A stretch of DNA of 64,000 nucleotides from Aulosira sp. ZfuVER01 (GCA_034530615.2 JAVRCV020000041.1:192001-256000), one strand, 5' to 3'. Positions 41,312-51,312 are shown, numbered from the stretch's first letter. Made by a program: numbers and translations. The notes: generated by a model not told the origin, from the sequence alone.

Positions 41312-41584
41312 ACTGGCTCCATTTTCACCACAACTCAAAATAATGGTAAGTCACCACTACAGCGTTTGAAGCCATCTGATATAATTTTTTCTCTCGCTTT
41401 CTTCTAAGAATCGCACGCGCAGGATGTCTAAAGTTTCTTTTTTGCTTTGTTTAAGTCCATGCATTGACTCGAGCAAACTCAATTTTAGTTACATTCAACT
41501 CCCGATCTGGGAATCCTGAAAGAAACCGAACATTCACCTGGAGGATAGCTATTGGTGCGAAACTACGCATCTAGCTAGCAAATT

Positions 41585-43909
41585 ATGTATACCCGCATAC
41601 CGCTACGAGTTATTTTTATTCTATCCACACTACTCCAGGTGATGACGGCTGTAGGGCTAACTGGATATTTCTCCTTCCGTAATGGACAAAAGGCTGTGAA
41701 TGAGGTTGCCACCCAACTGCGGAATGAGGTGGCGGAACGTGTCAAGGAAAGGCTGCTACTCTATGTAGAAACGCCCCATCTGATTAATCGGCTGAATGCA
41801 AATGCCATTGAGTTAGGACATTTAGATACGCAAGATACTGAGTATAAGCAGAAGTATTTCTGGCAGCAGATCCGGACTTTTCCAGTAATCACCTACAACT
41901 TTTATGGCAGCGTTACCGGAGAATATTTAGGAGCAAGACGTTTAGCAAATGGTCAGCTGCAAGGAATTGAGCGTAATCAGTCTACAGGATACAACCAGTA
42001 CTTTGCTACCAATGAACAGGGCGATCGCATCCGTCTGAGTGAATCTCACCCTAATTTCGATGCGCGACAACGCCCTTGGTACAAGGAGGCAGTTCAAGCA
42101 GGTAAACCGACATGGAGTACAATCTATCGGGACTTCAGTACTGGGGGACTGGCAATTACAGCAGCTCAGCCTGTCTATGACAAGCAAGGGAAACTCAAGG
42201 GTGTTTTGGGTAGCGATTTTATTTTTTCCCAGGTGAATACATTTCTGCAAAGTCTCAAGATTGGTACATCAGGCCAAACGTTTATTATGGAACGTTCGGG
42301 AATGCTGGTTGCCACATCTACAACCGATACAGCCTACCAAATTAACAGTAACCAGACGCAACGGATTAAAGCTTCTGAAAGTCAAAATTATCTCCTCCAG
42401 CAGAGTGCTAAACATTTACAGCAAAGGTTCGGCAATTTTAACCAAATTCGCAAAAGTCAACCACTAGACTTTGATATCCAGGGGAATCGGCAATTTCTCC
42501 AGGTGACGCCATTACAGGATGGTAGGGGGTTGGATTGGTTGATTGTGGTTGTAATGCCAGAAGCGGATTTTATGGAGCGCATTCAGGCAAATACTCGGAT
42601 GACACTGATGCTTTGTCTGCTATCGCTGATCGTTGCCACAGTGTTGGGACTGCAAACATCTCTGTGGATTGTCAAGCCAATTCAGCGTTTGAACACTGCC
42701 GCCAAGGGACTGGCAGATGGCTGTTGGGAGCAAAAGATACCAATTGAACGAGCTGATGAAATTGGCGAACTGGCTGAGTCGTTCACCTGCATGGCGCAAC
42801 AGTTAAAGGAATCGTTCAATACTCTAGAGCAAAAGGTACGCGATCGCACTCAAGCACTAGCGAAAATCAACGGCGAACTGAAAAACAGCAATGCCCTCAT
42901 CCGGCAAATCTTTGGGCGCTACCTCAGTGATGAAATTGTCAGCAATCTGCTCGAAAATCCTCTGGGGCTAAAATTAGGCGGGACGCGACGTAAAATCACC
43001 ATTCTCATCTCCGATTTACGTGGTTTCACGGCTACAGCAGAACGGCTATCTCCAGAGCAAGTAATCTCCATCCTCAACTTTTACCTGGAATATATGGCGG
43101 ATGTGATTACCCACTACGAAGGTACAATCGATGAGTTCATGGGCGATGGTATCTTAACATTCTTCGGTGCGCCCACCGTCAGAGTAAACGACACAGAAAG
43201 AGCGATCGCTTGTGCGATCGCCATGCAACAAGCAATGATTCCCGTCAATCAGCAGATGCAGGAATGGGGCTTCCCCGACCTAGAGATGGGCATTGGCATT
43301 CATACAGGTGAGGTTGTTGTTGGCAATATCGGCTCAGTAAAACGGACAAAGTATGGTGTCGTTGGCAATCACATTAACCTTGCCTACCGCATAGAAGCGT
43401 GCAGCGTCGGCGGACAAATTATCATCTCCGAAGATGTATTGTCTGAAGTGCAGGACATTGTGCAGGTTGATGGAAAGCAACAGGTGCAGATGAAGGGAAT
43501 CAAAGACCCCATTAACTTGTATGAAATCAGCGGCATTGGGGGAGAGTATAATCTGTTTCTCTGCCAGTCGGAAGAACAATTCCTAGCTTTGTCAGAGCCG
43601 ATTTTACTCCAGTACGTCACCTTAGAAAGCAAACACGTAGGCGATCGCTGGTATCAAGCAGAGATGATCCAACTCTCCCACCGGGAAGCCCTAATTCAGC
43701 ACAAAAACCTGGAAGAAGAATTACCAATTCCCTTAACGAATTTAAAACTCATTTTGCTGAGTAAAAATCTGCCAGAAGAAGTCAGAGAAGATTTATATGC
43801 CAAAGTATTGGAAAAATCTGCACCAGACGGCAGCTTTTACATCCGGTTTACATCAGTTTCGCCATCTGTGCGGGCAATGCTCGATCGCACTTTTGCCGAG
43901 AATGTTTGA
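41585..43909 (+). CDS. Membrane class III nucleotide cyclase with Cache and HAMP domains
   Basis: Two TMs, DARQRPWY Cache motif, DEIGELA HAMP, SDLRGFT, DEFMGDG, GIHTGEVVVGNIG, NLAYRIE. Confidence 0.92.
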   Translation: MYTRIPLRVIFILSTLLQVMTAVGLTGYFSFRNGQKAVNEVATQLRNEVAERVKERLLLYVETPHLINRLNANAIELGHLDTQDTEYKQKYFWQQIRTFPVITYNFYGSVTGEYLGARRLANGQLQGIERNQSTGYNQYFATNEQGDRIRLSESHPNFDARQRPWYKEAVQAGKPTWSTIYRDFSTGGLAITAAQPVYDKQGKLKGVLGSDFIFSQVNTFLQSLKIGTSGQTFIMERSGMLVATSTTDTAYQINSNQTQRIKASESQNYLLQQSAKHLQQRFGNFNQIRKSQPLDFDIQGNRQFLQVTPLQDGRGLDWLIVVVMPEADFMERIQANTRMTLMLCLLSLIVATVLGLQTSLWIVKPIQRLNTAAKGLADGCWEQKIPIERADEIGELAESFTCMAQQLKESFNTLEQKVRDRTQALAKINGELKNSNALIRQIFGRYLSDEIVSNLLENPLGLKLGGTRRKITILISDLRGFTATAERLSPEQVISILNFYLEYMADVITHYEGTIDEFMGDGILTFFGAPTVRVNDTERAIACAIAMQQAMIPVNQQMQEWGFPDLEMGIGIHTGEVVVGNIGSVKRTKYGVVGNHINLAYRIEACSVGGQIIISEDVLSEVQDIVQVDGKQQVQMKGIKDPINLYEISGIGGEYNLFLCQSEEQFLALSEPILLQYVTLESKHVGDRWYQAEMIQLSHREALIQHKNLEEELPIPLTNLKLILLSKNLPEEVREDLYAKVLEKSAPDGSFYIRFTSVSPSVRAMLDRTFAENV

Positions 43910-43964
43910 GATAAGCGATCGCATTCTGTTCAACTTCCGGCAATTAAAAATGGGGAGCGATCGC

Positions 43965-44423
43965 TCATAAAATACTCAGATAGGTTTGCTCATAATTCAT
44001 TGGCAAAATCCGCAACTTGCGATTTTTCAGATCCGGTTCTAACCCTAAAACTTCCATTGGCGTTACACCCAAAAGAGCATAGGGTACATCTGTTAGTTCC
44101 AAACAATCAAAAGTGCCTTGGCGTTCTCCAATACTTAGTTCCACATCTCGGAAAATCCTCCCCGGCTTTACTCCCGCAGCCTTCTCTACCTGGGCTTCTC
44201 CACCTTGGACTAAACCTAATTGACTAATAATGCTAGTAGGTAAACACAATAAGGTTGCACCTGTATCCACTAAAACATCATTCAGAGTACAAAAGCGAAC
44301 TTCGTCCGCAGAAATGAAGCCTCGTTGAGCCAAAACTCGATCGATTCGATTTGTGACAGTGAGGGTAACTATGACTTGCCCCATTTGCTTACCCTGAAGA
44401 TTTGGCAGTACCAGCTTACTCAT
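43965..44423 (-). CDS. Retroviral-like (clan AA) aspartyl protease
   Basis: LVDTGATLL and ALLGVTPME motifs. Confidence 0.85.
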   Translation of the reverse strand: MSKLVLPNLQGKQMGQVIVTLTVTNRIDRVLAQRGFISADEVRFCTLNDVLVDTGATLLCLPTSIISQLGLVQGGEAQVEKAAGVKPGRIFRDVELSIGERQGTFDCLELTDVPYALLGVTPMEVLGLEPDLKNRKLRILPMNYEQTYLSIL

Positions 44424-44503
44424 TTCAACGACTCCTGCCTAGCATCCTAAATTTATTTTAGTTGGGCTAGGGTTACATCAGTGTCAAAAGATGTGATCGC
44501 CTG

Positions 44504-44631
44504 ATATCATGTCTGCCAAATTACTTGTGATATGTCATTGCGAGTGCAACGTAGTGAAACGAAGCAATCACAAAGTCTCTGCGATTGCTTCACTCCGTTC
44601 GCAATGACAAGTTTTCAATCGGACATGATAT
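44504..44631. repeat. Nested palindromic dispersed repeat
   Basis: Outer ATATCATGTC/GACATGATAT arms; inner TGTCATTGCGA...TCGCAATGACA element at 44533-44609. Confidence 0.75.
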
Positions 44632-44814
44632 GACACAGACTTGACAGCAGTTTTCATTCCAAATCAACGAAACGCTTACGCTGTATACCTGTTTAAATTT
44701 TGAATTCGTTACTTACATCGCGCCTGTACTTCATACAAACGAAAACTACTGTAAACCAAACAGGCGGCTCATATTACACTGAGATCGCACCCCCACCCCT
44801 TCTACCTCATCCCC

Positions 44815-47800
44815 TTACCTCCCCACCTCATCACACACCCCCCTCTCCCCCTTACCATTGGGGTTATTGTGCAAATAATCCCGCGCCCAAGCGCAACCCT
44901 TCACCATTAGGTCATCCAAATCGAGATTCCACAACTTCACGGTGTTGTCATCACTGGCAGAGGCAATGGTTTTGCCATCGGGGCTGAATGCCACGCTATA
45001 GACCCAACTGCTATGGCCTTTGAGGGTTTGCAACTCCTGTCCATTGAGATTCCACAACTTCACGGTGTTGTCATCACTGGCAGAGGCAATGGTTTTGCCA
45101 TCGGGGCTGAATGCCACGCGATTGATCGAACTGCTATGGCCTTTGAGGGTTTGCAACTCCTGCCCATTGAGATTCCATAACTTCACGGTGTTGTCATCAC
45201 TGGCAGAGGCAATGGTTTTGCCGTCGGGGCTGAATGCCACGCGATTGATCGAACTGCTATGGCCTTTAAGGGTTTGCAACTCTTGCCCATTGAAATTCCA
45301 TAACTTCACCGTGTTGTCTTGACCGGCTGTGGCAATGATTTTGCCGTCGGGGCTGAATGCCACGCTATAGACCGAACCGACAGGTAAAGGGAAACGGTTA
45401 TGGTCTTTGAGGGTTTGCAACTCCTGCCCATTAAGATTCCATAATGTCACTGTGTCATGACCTGCTGTGGCAATAGTTTTGCCATCGGGGCTAAATGCCA
45501 CGCTATAGACCGAACCGAGAGTTAACCAAACGCTAGGGCTTTTAAGGGTTTGCAACTCCTGCCCATTGAGATTCCACAACTTCACTGTGCCGTCATCACT
45601 GGCGGTGGCAATGGTTTTGCCGTCGGGGCTGAATGCTACGCTATATACTGAACTCTTATGGCCTTTGAGAGTTTGCAACTCCTGCCCATTAAGATTCCAC
45701 AACTTCACTGTGCCGTCATCACTAGCGGTGGCAATGGTTTTGCCGTCGGGGTTAAAGGCTACACCATAGACCCTACTGCTATGGCCTTTAAGGGTTTGCA
45801 ACTCCTGCCTATTGAGATTCCACAACTTCACTGTCTTATCATCACTAGCGGTGGCAATGGTTTTACCGTCAGGGCTGAAGGCTATGCTAATGACTAAACT
45901 GCTATGACCTTTAAGGGTTTGCAACTCCTGCCCATTAAGATTCCACAACTTTACTGTCTTGTCAGCACTGGCAGTGGCAATGGTTCTGCCGTCGGGGCTG
46001 AAGGCTACGCTATAGACCCTACTGCTATGACCTTTAAGGGTTTGCAACTCCTGCCCATTAAGATTCCACAACTTCACTGTCCTATCATCACTGGCGGTGG
46101 CAATGGTTTTACCGTCAGGGCTGAAGGCTATGCTAATGACTAAACTGCTATGACCTTTAAGGGTTTGCAACTCCTGCCCATTAAGATTCCACAACTTTAC
46201 TGTCTTGTCAGCACTGGCGGTGGCAATGGTTTTGCCGTCGGGGCTGAAGGCTATGCTCATGACCAAACTGCTATGGCCTTTGAGAGTTTGTAACTCTTGC
46301 CCTTTAAAATTCCACAATTTTACTGTCTTATCATCACTGGCGGTGGCAATGATTTTGCCGTCGGGACTGAATGCCACGCTATAGACCGGACTGCTATGGA
46401 CTTTGAGACTTTGCAACTCCTGCCCATTGAGATTCCACAACTTCACCATGTTGTTTGAACTGGCGGTGGCAATGGTTTTGCCGTCGGGGCTGAATGCCAT
46501 GCTAATAAACAAACTTCCATGTCCTTTAAGTGTTTGCAACTCCTGCCCATTGAGATTCCACAACTTCACTGTGCCGTCATTACTGGCGGTGGCAATTGTT
46601 TTGCCGTCAGGGCTGAATGCTACGCCCTCAACAGTATTGCTATGGCCTTGTAGTCGGTTACGTTCCTTGATACCATACATCACCTGTTGGATAGTAGTTA
46701 CCGCCAAAAGGCGGGTATCTGATTCTACATTTTGATCTGGTTTTTGCAGTTGCTTGCCTAACTTCAAGCCTGCTACTAAAGCCTCAAGCTCTAAATTTGA
46801 GGCCAGCAGGTTTTGTGATTTGAGACTCTGGGCAAGAATTTCAGCATTAACACGGCGTTTATCTGCATCTGCTTTGGCAGCGACAGCTTGCTGTGTTTGC
46901 TCCTGGGCAATATTTCGCTGCTTGTTGGCTTCTCGCAAATTGTTCTCTGCTTGGCTTTTACGTTCTTCCGCTACCTGACGCTGTTCGGCTTCGGCATTTT
47001 TAGCTGCGTTGGCATTCTTGAGAGCAACTGTTAAAGCTGCTCCACGTTGTTCAGCTAACTGTTGTGCAGACTTTGCTTGCGCCTCTCCTTTTTCTGCCCT
47101 TTTCTGCTGCTTTTGAGCAAGGTGTTTTTGCTTGTCTGCCTCTCGGCTTTGCTGTTCTGCCCTTTGCTGCTGCTGTCGAGCATTTTCCGCTTGCAGCTTT
47201 GCCATATTGCCTTGATTCTCTGCTATTAGGCGCTGTTGTTCTTCCCTGTTGCGGGCATCTTGAGCAATTAAGCGTTGCCCATTCACATACACAGCCACTC
47301 CCGTCATTAAACCCGAAAATATCAGCAGTCCCACCACATAAGGCAGCGCAGGTTTCAGCTGCTCCCACCTATCCCGCAAGTTAAAAGGTAAATGTTCATT
47401 CAACCACTTCCGGTCAAATACTTGCCGATAAATTCGATTTCTAACCTGCAAAACATTCTGCTCTCGCCGCACCACCCCCGACAACTTCAGGTGAGATTTC
47501 ACTATTGACTGTTCCTCATCTACAACCGGACGCTTACCTAAACGAATCTCGCGGTATGTAGTCAAAACCTCAGAGTCAGGTGAGCGTTTAGTCAACATAT
47601 CCCGCACAAACTGCAAATTATTATCTTGCTCGCTCATTGCGCCCAAGAAAGTATTACTTACCACACGGTCAACATCGGCTTTTGACCAACGGTTTTTACC
47701 TACCTCAGTTATGGCACGGCAGAGGCGCTGTGATAAATACGGATGTCCATTTGTCCAATTCAATACCCATCCCAGTACTTGTTGCGCTTCATCTGCGCTC

Positions 47801-48459
47801 AGTTTCAATCCCTCAGCCAGAGGTAAAGCTTCCTCAAAGGTAAAATCAGTCAAATCCACACGCTGACCAATATTAAACGGCGTGCGCTTGGCATCGCGGA
47901 TTAAATCGCCCGGAGTTGCTACCCCCATCAACACCAAAGAAAGACGCTGAAACTCAGGATTAGTCGCACGGGCAACATAGAGATAACGAATCGCTGTATA
48001 AAAATCATCAGTAAAATCTAAGCTGAGAGTGGAATCAATTTCATCGACAAAAATCACCACTCGTTCTTCTATCTCAGCCAGTAATACCTGCTGAAAAAAC
48101 AGCGTCAGCCGTTGCGAAACTCCCAAATGTTCGTGTTCTTGCCACCAACTCACCACATCTGTATCAAACATGAGTTGGTCATCCAGCTTTACCAAAAAGC
48201 CAAAATACCATTGTTCGGCTGTAACCTGCGCCCCCAATTCCTGAAGGTCAACAATTACCGCCCGTATCCCCTCATCTGCTAGCGTTTGCGCGGTGCGTAC
48301 CATCAAACTCGACTTGCCCATCTGGCGGGGTGTGAGGACATAGGCAAAAGTCGCCGCCCTACATAAATTGAGTAATTCTTCATCAGCTTGGCGGGGAATG
48401 TAAATTCCACCACCAGCTTGCACTGTCCCGCCGACTGTGTAAATGGTTGGGTTAGACAT
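44815..48459 (-). CDS. AAA_35 STAND-like ATPase-TM-coiled coil-WD40(x14) protein
   Basis: YIPRQAD, TPRQMGKSS, FVDEID, TPFNIG, GHPYL; TM LPYVVGLLIFSGLMTGVAVYV; 14 repeats of about 41 aa; likely ATG 48459. Confidence 0.92.
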   Translation of the reverse strand: MSNPTIYTVGGTVQAGGGIYIPRQADEELLNLCRAATFAYVLTPRQMGKSSLMVRTAQTLADEGIRAVIVDLQELGAQVTAEQWYFGFLVKLDDQLMFDTDVVSWWQEHEHLGVSQRLTLFFQQVLLAEIEERVVIFVDEIDSTLSLDFTDDFYTAIRYLYVARATNPEFQRLSLVLMGVATPGDLIRDAKRTPFNIGQRVDLTDFTFEEALPLAEGLKLSADEAQQVLGWVLNWTNGHPYLSQRLCRAITEVGKNRWSKADVDRVVSNTFLGAMSEQDNNLQFVRDMLTKRSPDSEVLTTYREIRLGKRPVVDEEQSIVKSHLKLSGVVRREQNVLQVRNRIYRQVFDRKWLNEHLPFNLRDRWEQLKPALPYVVGLLIFSGLMTGVAVYVNGQRLIAQDARNREEQQRLIAENQGNMAKLQAENARQQQQRAEQQSREADKQKHLAQKQQKRAEKGEAQAKSAQQLAEQRGAALTVALKNANAAKNAEAEQRQVAEERKSQAENNLREANKQRNIAQEQTQQAVAAKADADKRRVNAEILAQSLKSQNLLASNLELEALVAGLKLGKQLQKPDQNVESDTRLLAVTTIQQVMYGIKERNRLQGHSNTVEGVAFSPDGKTIATASNDGTVKLWNLNGQELQTLKGHGSLFISMAFSPDGKTIATASSNNMVKLWNLNGQELQSLKVHSSPVYSVAFSPDGKIIATASDDKTVKLWNFKGQELQTLKGHSSLVMSIAFSPDGKTIATASADKTVKLWNLNGQELQTLKGHSSLVISIAFSPDGKTIATASDDRTVKLWNLNGQELQTLKGHSSRVYSVAFSPDGRTIATASADKTVKLWNLNGQELQTLKGHSSLVISIAFSPDGKTIATASDDKTVKLWNLNRQELQTLKGHSSRVYGVAFNPDGKTIATASDDGTVKLWNLNGQELQTLKGHKSSVYSVAFSPDGKTIATASDDGTVKLWNLNGQELQTLKSPSVWLTLGSVYSVAFSPDGKTIATAGHDTVTLWNLNGQELQTLKDHNRFPLPVGSVYSVAFSPDGKIIATAGQDNTVKLWNFNGQELQTLKGHSSSINRVAFSPDGKTIASASDDNTVKLWNLNGQELQTLKGHSSSINRVAFSPDGKTIASASDDNTVKLWNLNGQELQTLKGHSSWVYSVAFSPDGKTIASASDDNTVKLWNLDLDDLMVKGCAWARDYLHNNPNGKGERGVCDEVGR

Positions 48460-48483
48460 AATTATTCCCCGTATTTGCCGAAT

Positions 48484-48594
48484 TGTCATTGCGAGCGCAA
48501 CGAAGTGGAGCGTTCGCTGAAAGCGTTCTCGTAGAGTAGCAATCCCAACAATCTTGCGATTGCTTCATTCCGCTGCGCTTCATTCGCAATGACA
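48484..48594. repeat. TGTCATTGCGA...TCGCAATGACA palindromic element with internal insertion
   Basis: Same termini as 44533-44609 plus about 24 extra internal bp. Confidence 0.75.
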
Positions 48595-48599
48595 AGTGT

Positions 48600-50741
48600 T
48601 TATCCACGCAAGTTCTCCCGAAAATAATCGGCGTAGAGTTGACAACGCGGTATTACCGTTCTCCCCTCCCGGCGCACCAAACCCGCACCCCGCAACCTGA
48701 AAAAGACGCGCTCATCATCGCAGCTATTATGGCGAATTACCTGGAGCATACTTTGCACCAATTCGGCTTTGCTATGCAATCGAAATAAATGGTTACGCAG
48801 ATGATTACCAAAGGGGCCATTGTCCGCAGTGGCCTTGGCAAATAATTCCGCAGTAGTGAAGCGCTGGCTGGCTATTAAATAAAGCGCCAGCCTGACTAAA
48901 TAAGGATGTCCATTCAGCAACGCCATTAACTGCTGTGCTTCATTAGAGTTCAGCGGTGAACCGTGACGGCGATTGAGGTCTGTAACTTGTGCGGCGGTAA
49001 AATCTTCTAAGTCAATTACCTCGCCCACATTAAACGGCGATTGGTTGAGATTATCAATTAATTGGTAGGGTTCGGTGGAAGTCACTAGCGCTAAATCGAG
49101 TTGCTTCCAAATTGGTGTGGTAGCGCGATTGTTGTGCCAACTGCGGAGCATTCCAAAGAAATCGGAACGGAATTCGGTGTCAAAAACCCTCTCAACTTCA
49201 TCCATTGCTAACACCAAAGGCTGACCAAATTCTTTCAATAAATAGCGCCCGACATAGCGCGTGCAACACTGACTGTTACCTAGCTTGGGATTCCAATATT
49301 CATCAACTTTATCTGCCATTTCTATTTCATCAGTTAGCCAAGTGCAGAATTGCCGAAAGAATAGGTCACGATTGCTTAAGGCTGCTCGATCAAATAATTG
49401 GAAATCCAAGAAAGCTACGCGCTTACCTGCATTCACCGCAGCGCTACTTGTGCGAATTAACAAAGAACTCTTGCCCATTTGTCGGGGGCCTTTAATGGTG
49501 ATAGTGACACCTTGACGCTGAATCGCATTTAAAGCCAGAACATCACAAGCGCGTTCCACATAAAACTGAGATTCGCCATCCATCGTCCCTTCGGGCATTT
49601 CCAGCGATATCGGCTGTGCGGAAGCAAAAGGCTGCGGTAAAGGTGATACTTCCCGTGGCTGAAGTAAACCAGCTTTATTCGCTTCTCCAATGCTTAATTC
49701 GCCCCCAGAAATCGCCTGCATCAATTCCGCAATCAAGCGCGGTGTATCTTCCGCATCTTGCCAGAATGCCCAGTTAATACCATTAAGATAAGCGCTCAAA
49801 GGATACTGAAACGGCTCTCGATATGCCAGCCGCACCGGGAGAATCATCGGTTTTCCGCTTTGTTCCTTAGCGAAGCGATTGGCTGTAGCAATTTCTGCCT
49901 CCACCATCTCACTGTGAATAGAATGCTCAGAAAGGAAAACAATCAAAAAATCTGCTTGCCGAATTTCAGCTTCAATGCGTTCAGCCCAGCGTGTGCCTAT
50001 GGTGATAATTTGGTCGATGAAAACTGTGTGATGCTGAGAAAGCACCTGGTGGACTTGCGATGCTACTTGCTCATCAGGGGTGACATTACGCTTGTAGCTG
50101 ATAAAGATGCGTTTGGGTTGGGGGTTGGGGGAAGGGGTAAAGGGGAAAGGGGAAGGGGGTGAAATTGTCGGTTGTGCTGAGGAAGGCTTGCGGCTTTTGA
50201 GGACTGGGGTAGCATACTCAGGGATATTTTCTAAATCAATGGCAATACGCCCAAACTCGTAAGCATCATCGTAGGATCTACCTGCCCCTAGAGCATCATA
50301 AAACCCGACAGCAAATTTAATAGCTGCGCGATCGCCTACCGCTTGATTCATTCCCACTACATAATTAATATGTTGGTGAATCGCTTCTGCTTGCGCCTCA
50401 CTATAACAGGCGTTTAACAGCACACACTCTAGCTTGTCCTGAAATAACTTAAACAGCCTGCCTAGTGATTCTGTACTCACCAGTTGCAACTGTCCATTAT
50501 CATCCTCCAAAACCAAACCTTTATCCCCTTGCCCATGTCCCGAAAAATGGACAATCTCAGGTTGATGATCTAAAAGCGCACGCCGCAAATCCTCAGGACG
50601 CACAGCCCATTTCGTAATCATCTCAAACTGATCGCGAATCCGGGCACGTTCCAACCCAGCCTGAATTTCTCGGACTTCCTCATCCAAGCGCAGTTTCGCC
50701 GTATTCTTAGGATTGGCTGATAAAATCAGGATTTTTTTCAC
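48600..50741 (-). CDS. CHAT protease-TIR-AAA_35 ATPase fusion
   Basis: ILILSANP, LRLDEE, HFSGHG and LNACYS (CHAT); IFISYKR...SEMVEAEI (TIR); GPRQMGKSS, AMDEVE, SPFNVG, GHPYL (AAA_35). Confidence 0.9.
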   Translation of the reverse strand: MKKILILSANPKNTAKLRLDEEVREIQAGLERARIRDQFEMITKWAVRPEDLRRALLDHQPEIVHFSGHGQGDKGLVLEDDNGQLQLVSTESLGRLFKLFQDKLECVLLNACYSEAQAEAIHQHINYVVGMNQAVGDRAAIKFAVGFYDALGAGRSYDDAYEFGRIAIDLENIPEYATPVLKSRKPSSAQPTISPPSPFPFTPSPNPQPKRIFISYKRNVTPDEQVASQVHQVLSQHHTVFIDQIITIGTRWAERIEAEIRQADFLIVFLSEHSIHSEMVEAEIATANRFAKEQSGKPMILPVRLAYREPFQYPLSAYLNGINWAFWQDAEDTPRLIAELMQAISGGELSIGEANKAGLLQPREVSPLPQPFASAQPISLEMPEGTMDGESQFYVERACDVLALNAIQRQGVTITIKGPRQMGKSSLLIRTSSAAVNAGKRVAFLDFQLFDRAALSNRDLFFRQFCTWLTDEIEMADKVDEYWNPKLGNSQCCTRYVGRYLLKEFGQPLVLAMDEVERVFDTEFRSDFFGMLRSWHNNRATTPIWKQLDLALVTSTEPYQLIDNLNQSPFNVGEVIDLEDFTAAQVTDLNRRHGSPLNSNEAQQLMALLNGHPYLVRLALYLIASQRFTTAELFAKATADNGPFGNHLRNHLFRLHSKAELVQSMLQVIRHNSCDDERVFFRLRGAGLVRREGRTVIPRCQLYADYFRENLRG

Positions 50742-50824
50742 ACTGCCATCAAATGTTGCAACCAGGCTTTGTCTTTAGTTGCAGTTTACTACAGCAAAGT
50801 TACGGAGAATTACGGGCAGAATAT

Positions 50825-50900
50825 TGTCATTGCGAGTGTAGCGAAGCGAAACGACGCAATCGCAAGGGTTTGGCATTGCTTCACTTCGTCCGCAATGACA
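50825..50900. repeat. Third TGTCATTGCG...CGCAATGACA palindromic element
   Basis: Terminal inverted repeats match the other two copies. Confidence 0.75.
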
Positions 50901-51039
50901 TAAATTATAACTAATTAGGCGATCGCACTTTTGTACGATGATACTTGAGATGAACCGATGCGATGCCTCCAGCAAGCCACTCTGTGTCTACGCACACTTT
51001 ATCGCAACACCTCTTGCAAATAGACAAGCTGTAGTCACT

Positions 51040-51312
51040 CAAATCACGATGTTAATGATAAACATCACGGCGTTTGTCGATAACATCACGATGTTAATGA
51101 TAAACATCACGACGTTTGTTGATAACGTCACGATGTTAATGATAAACATCACGACGTTTGTTGATAACATCACGATGTTACTTATAAACAGCACGACATT
51201 CATAAATAACATTACGACGTTTGCCATAAACATCACGATGTTACTTATGAACAAGACGACATTTATAAATAACATCGTCATGTTATTTATAAACAGCGCG
51301 ATCGTTGTTATT
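51040..51312. repeat. 21-bp tandem array, about 13 units, with 42-bp higher-order period
   Basis: Alternating AACATCACGATGTTAATGATA and AACATCACGACGTTTGTTGAT, degenerating rightwards. Confidence 0.9.

Noticed and set aside
44925..46650. Diversity-generating retroelement target/template pair
   Set aside because: No reverse transcriptase or separate template repeat in the window, and differences between repeats are not obviously adenine-specific
45020..47843. Plus-strand ORFs inside the AAA_35-WD40 gene
   Set aside because: Antisense shadows of a repetitive coding region
51040..51312. CRISPR array
   Set aside because: Units are contiguous 21-mers with no unique spacers, and there are no cas genes
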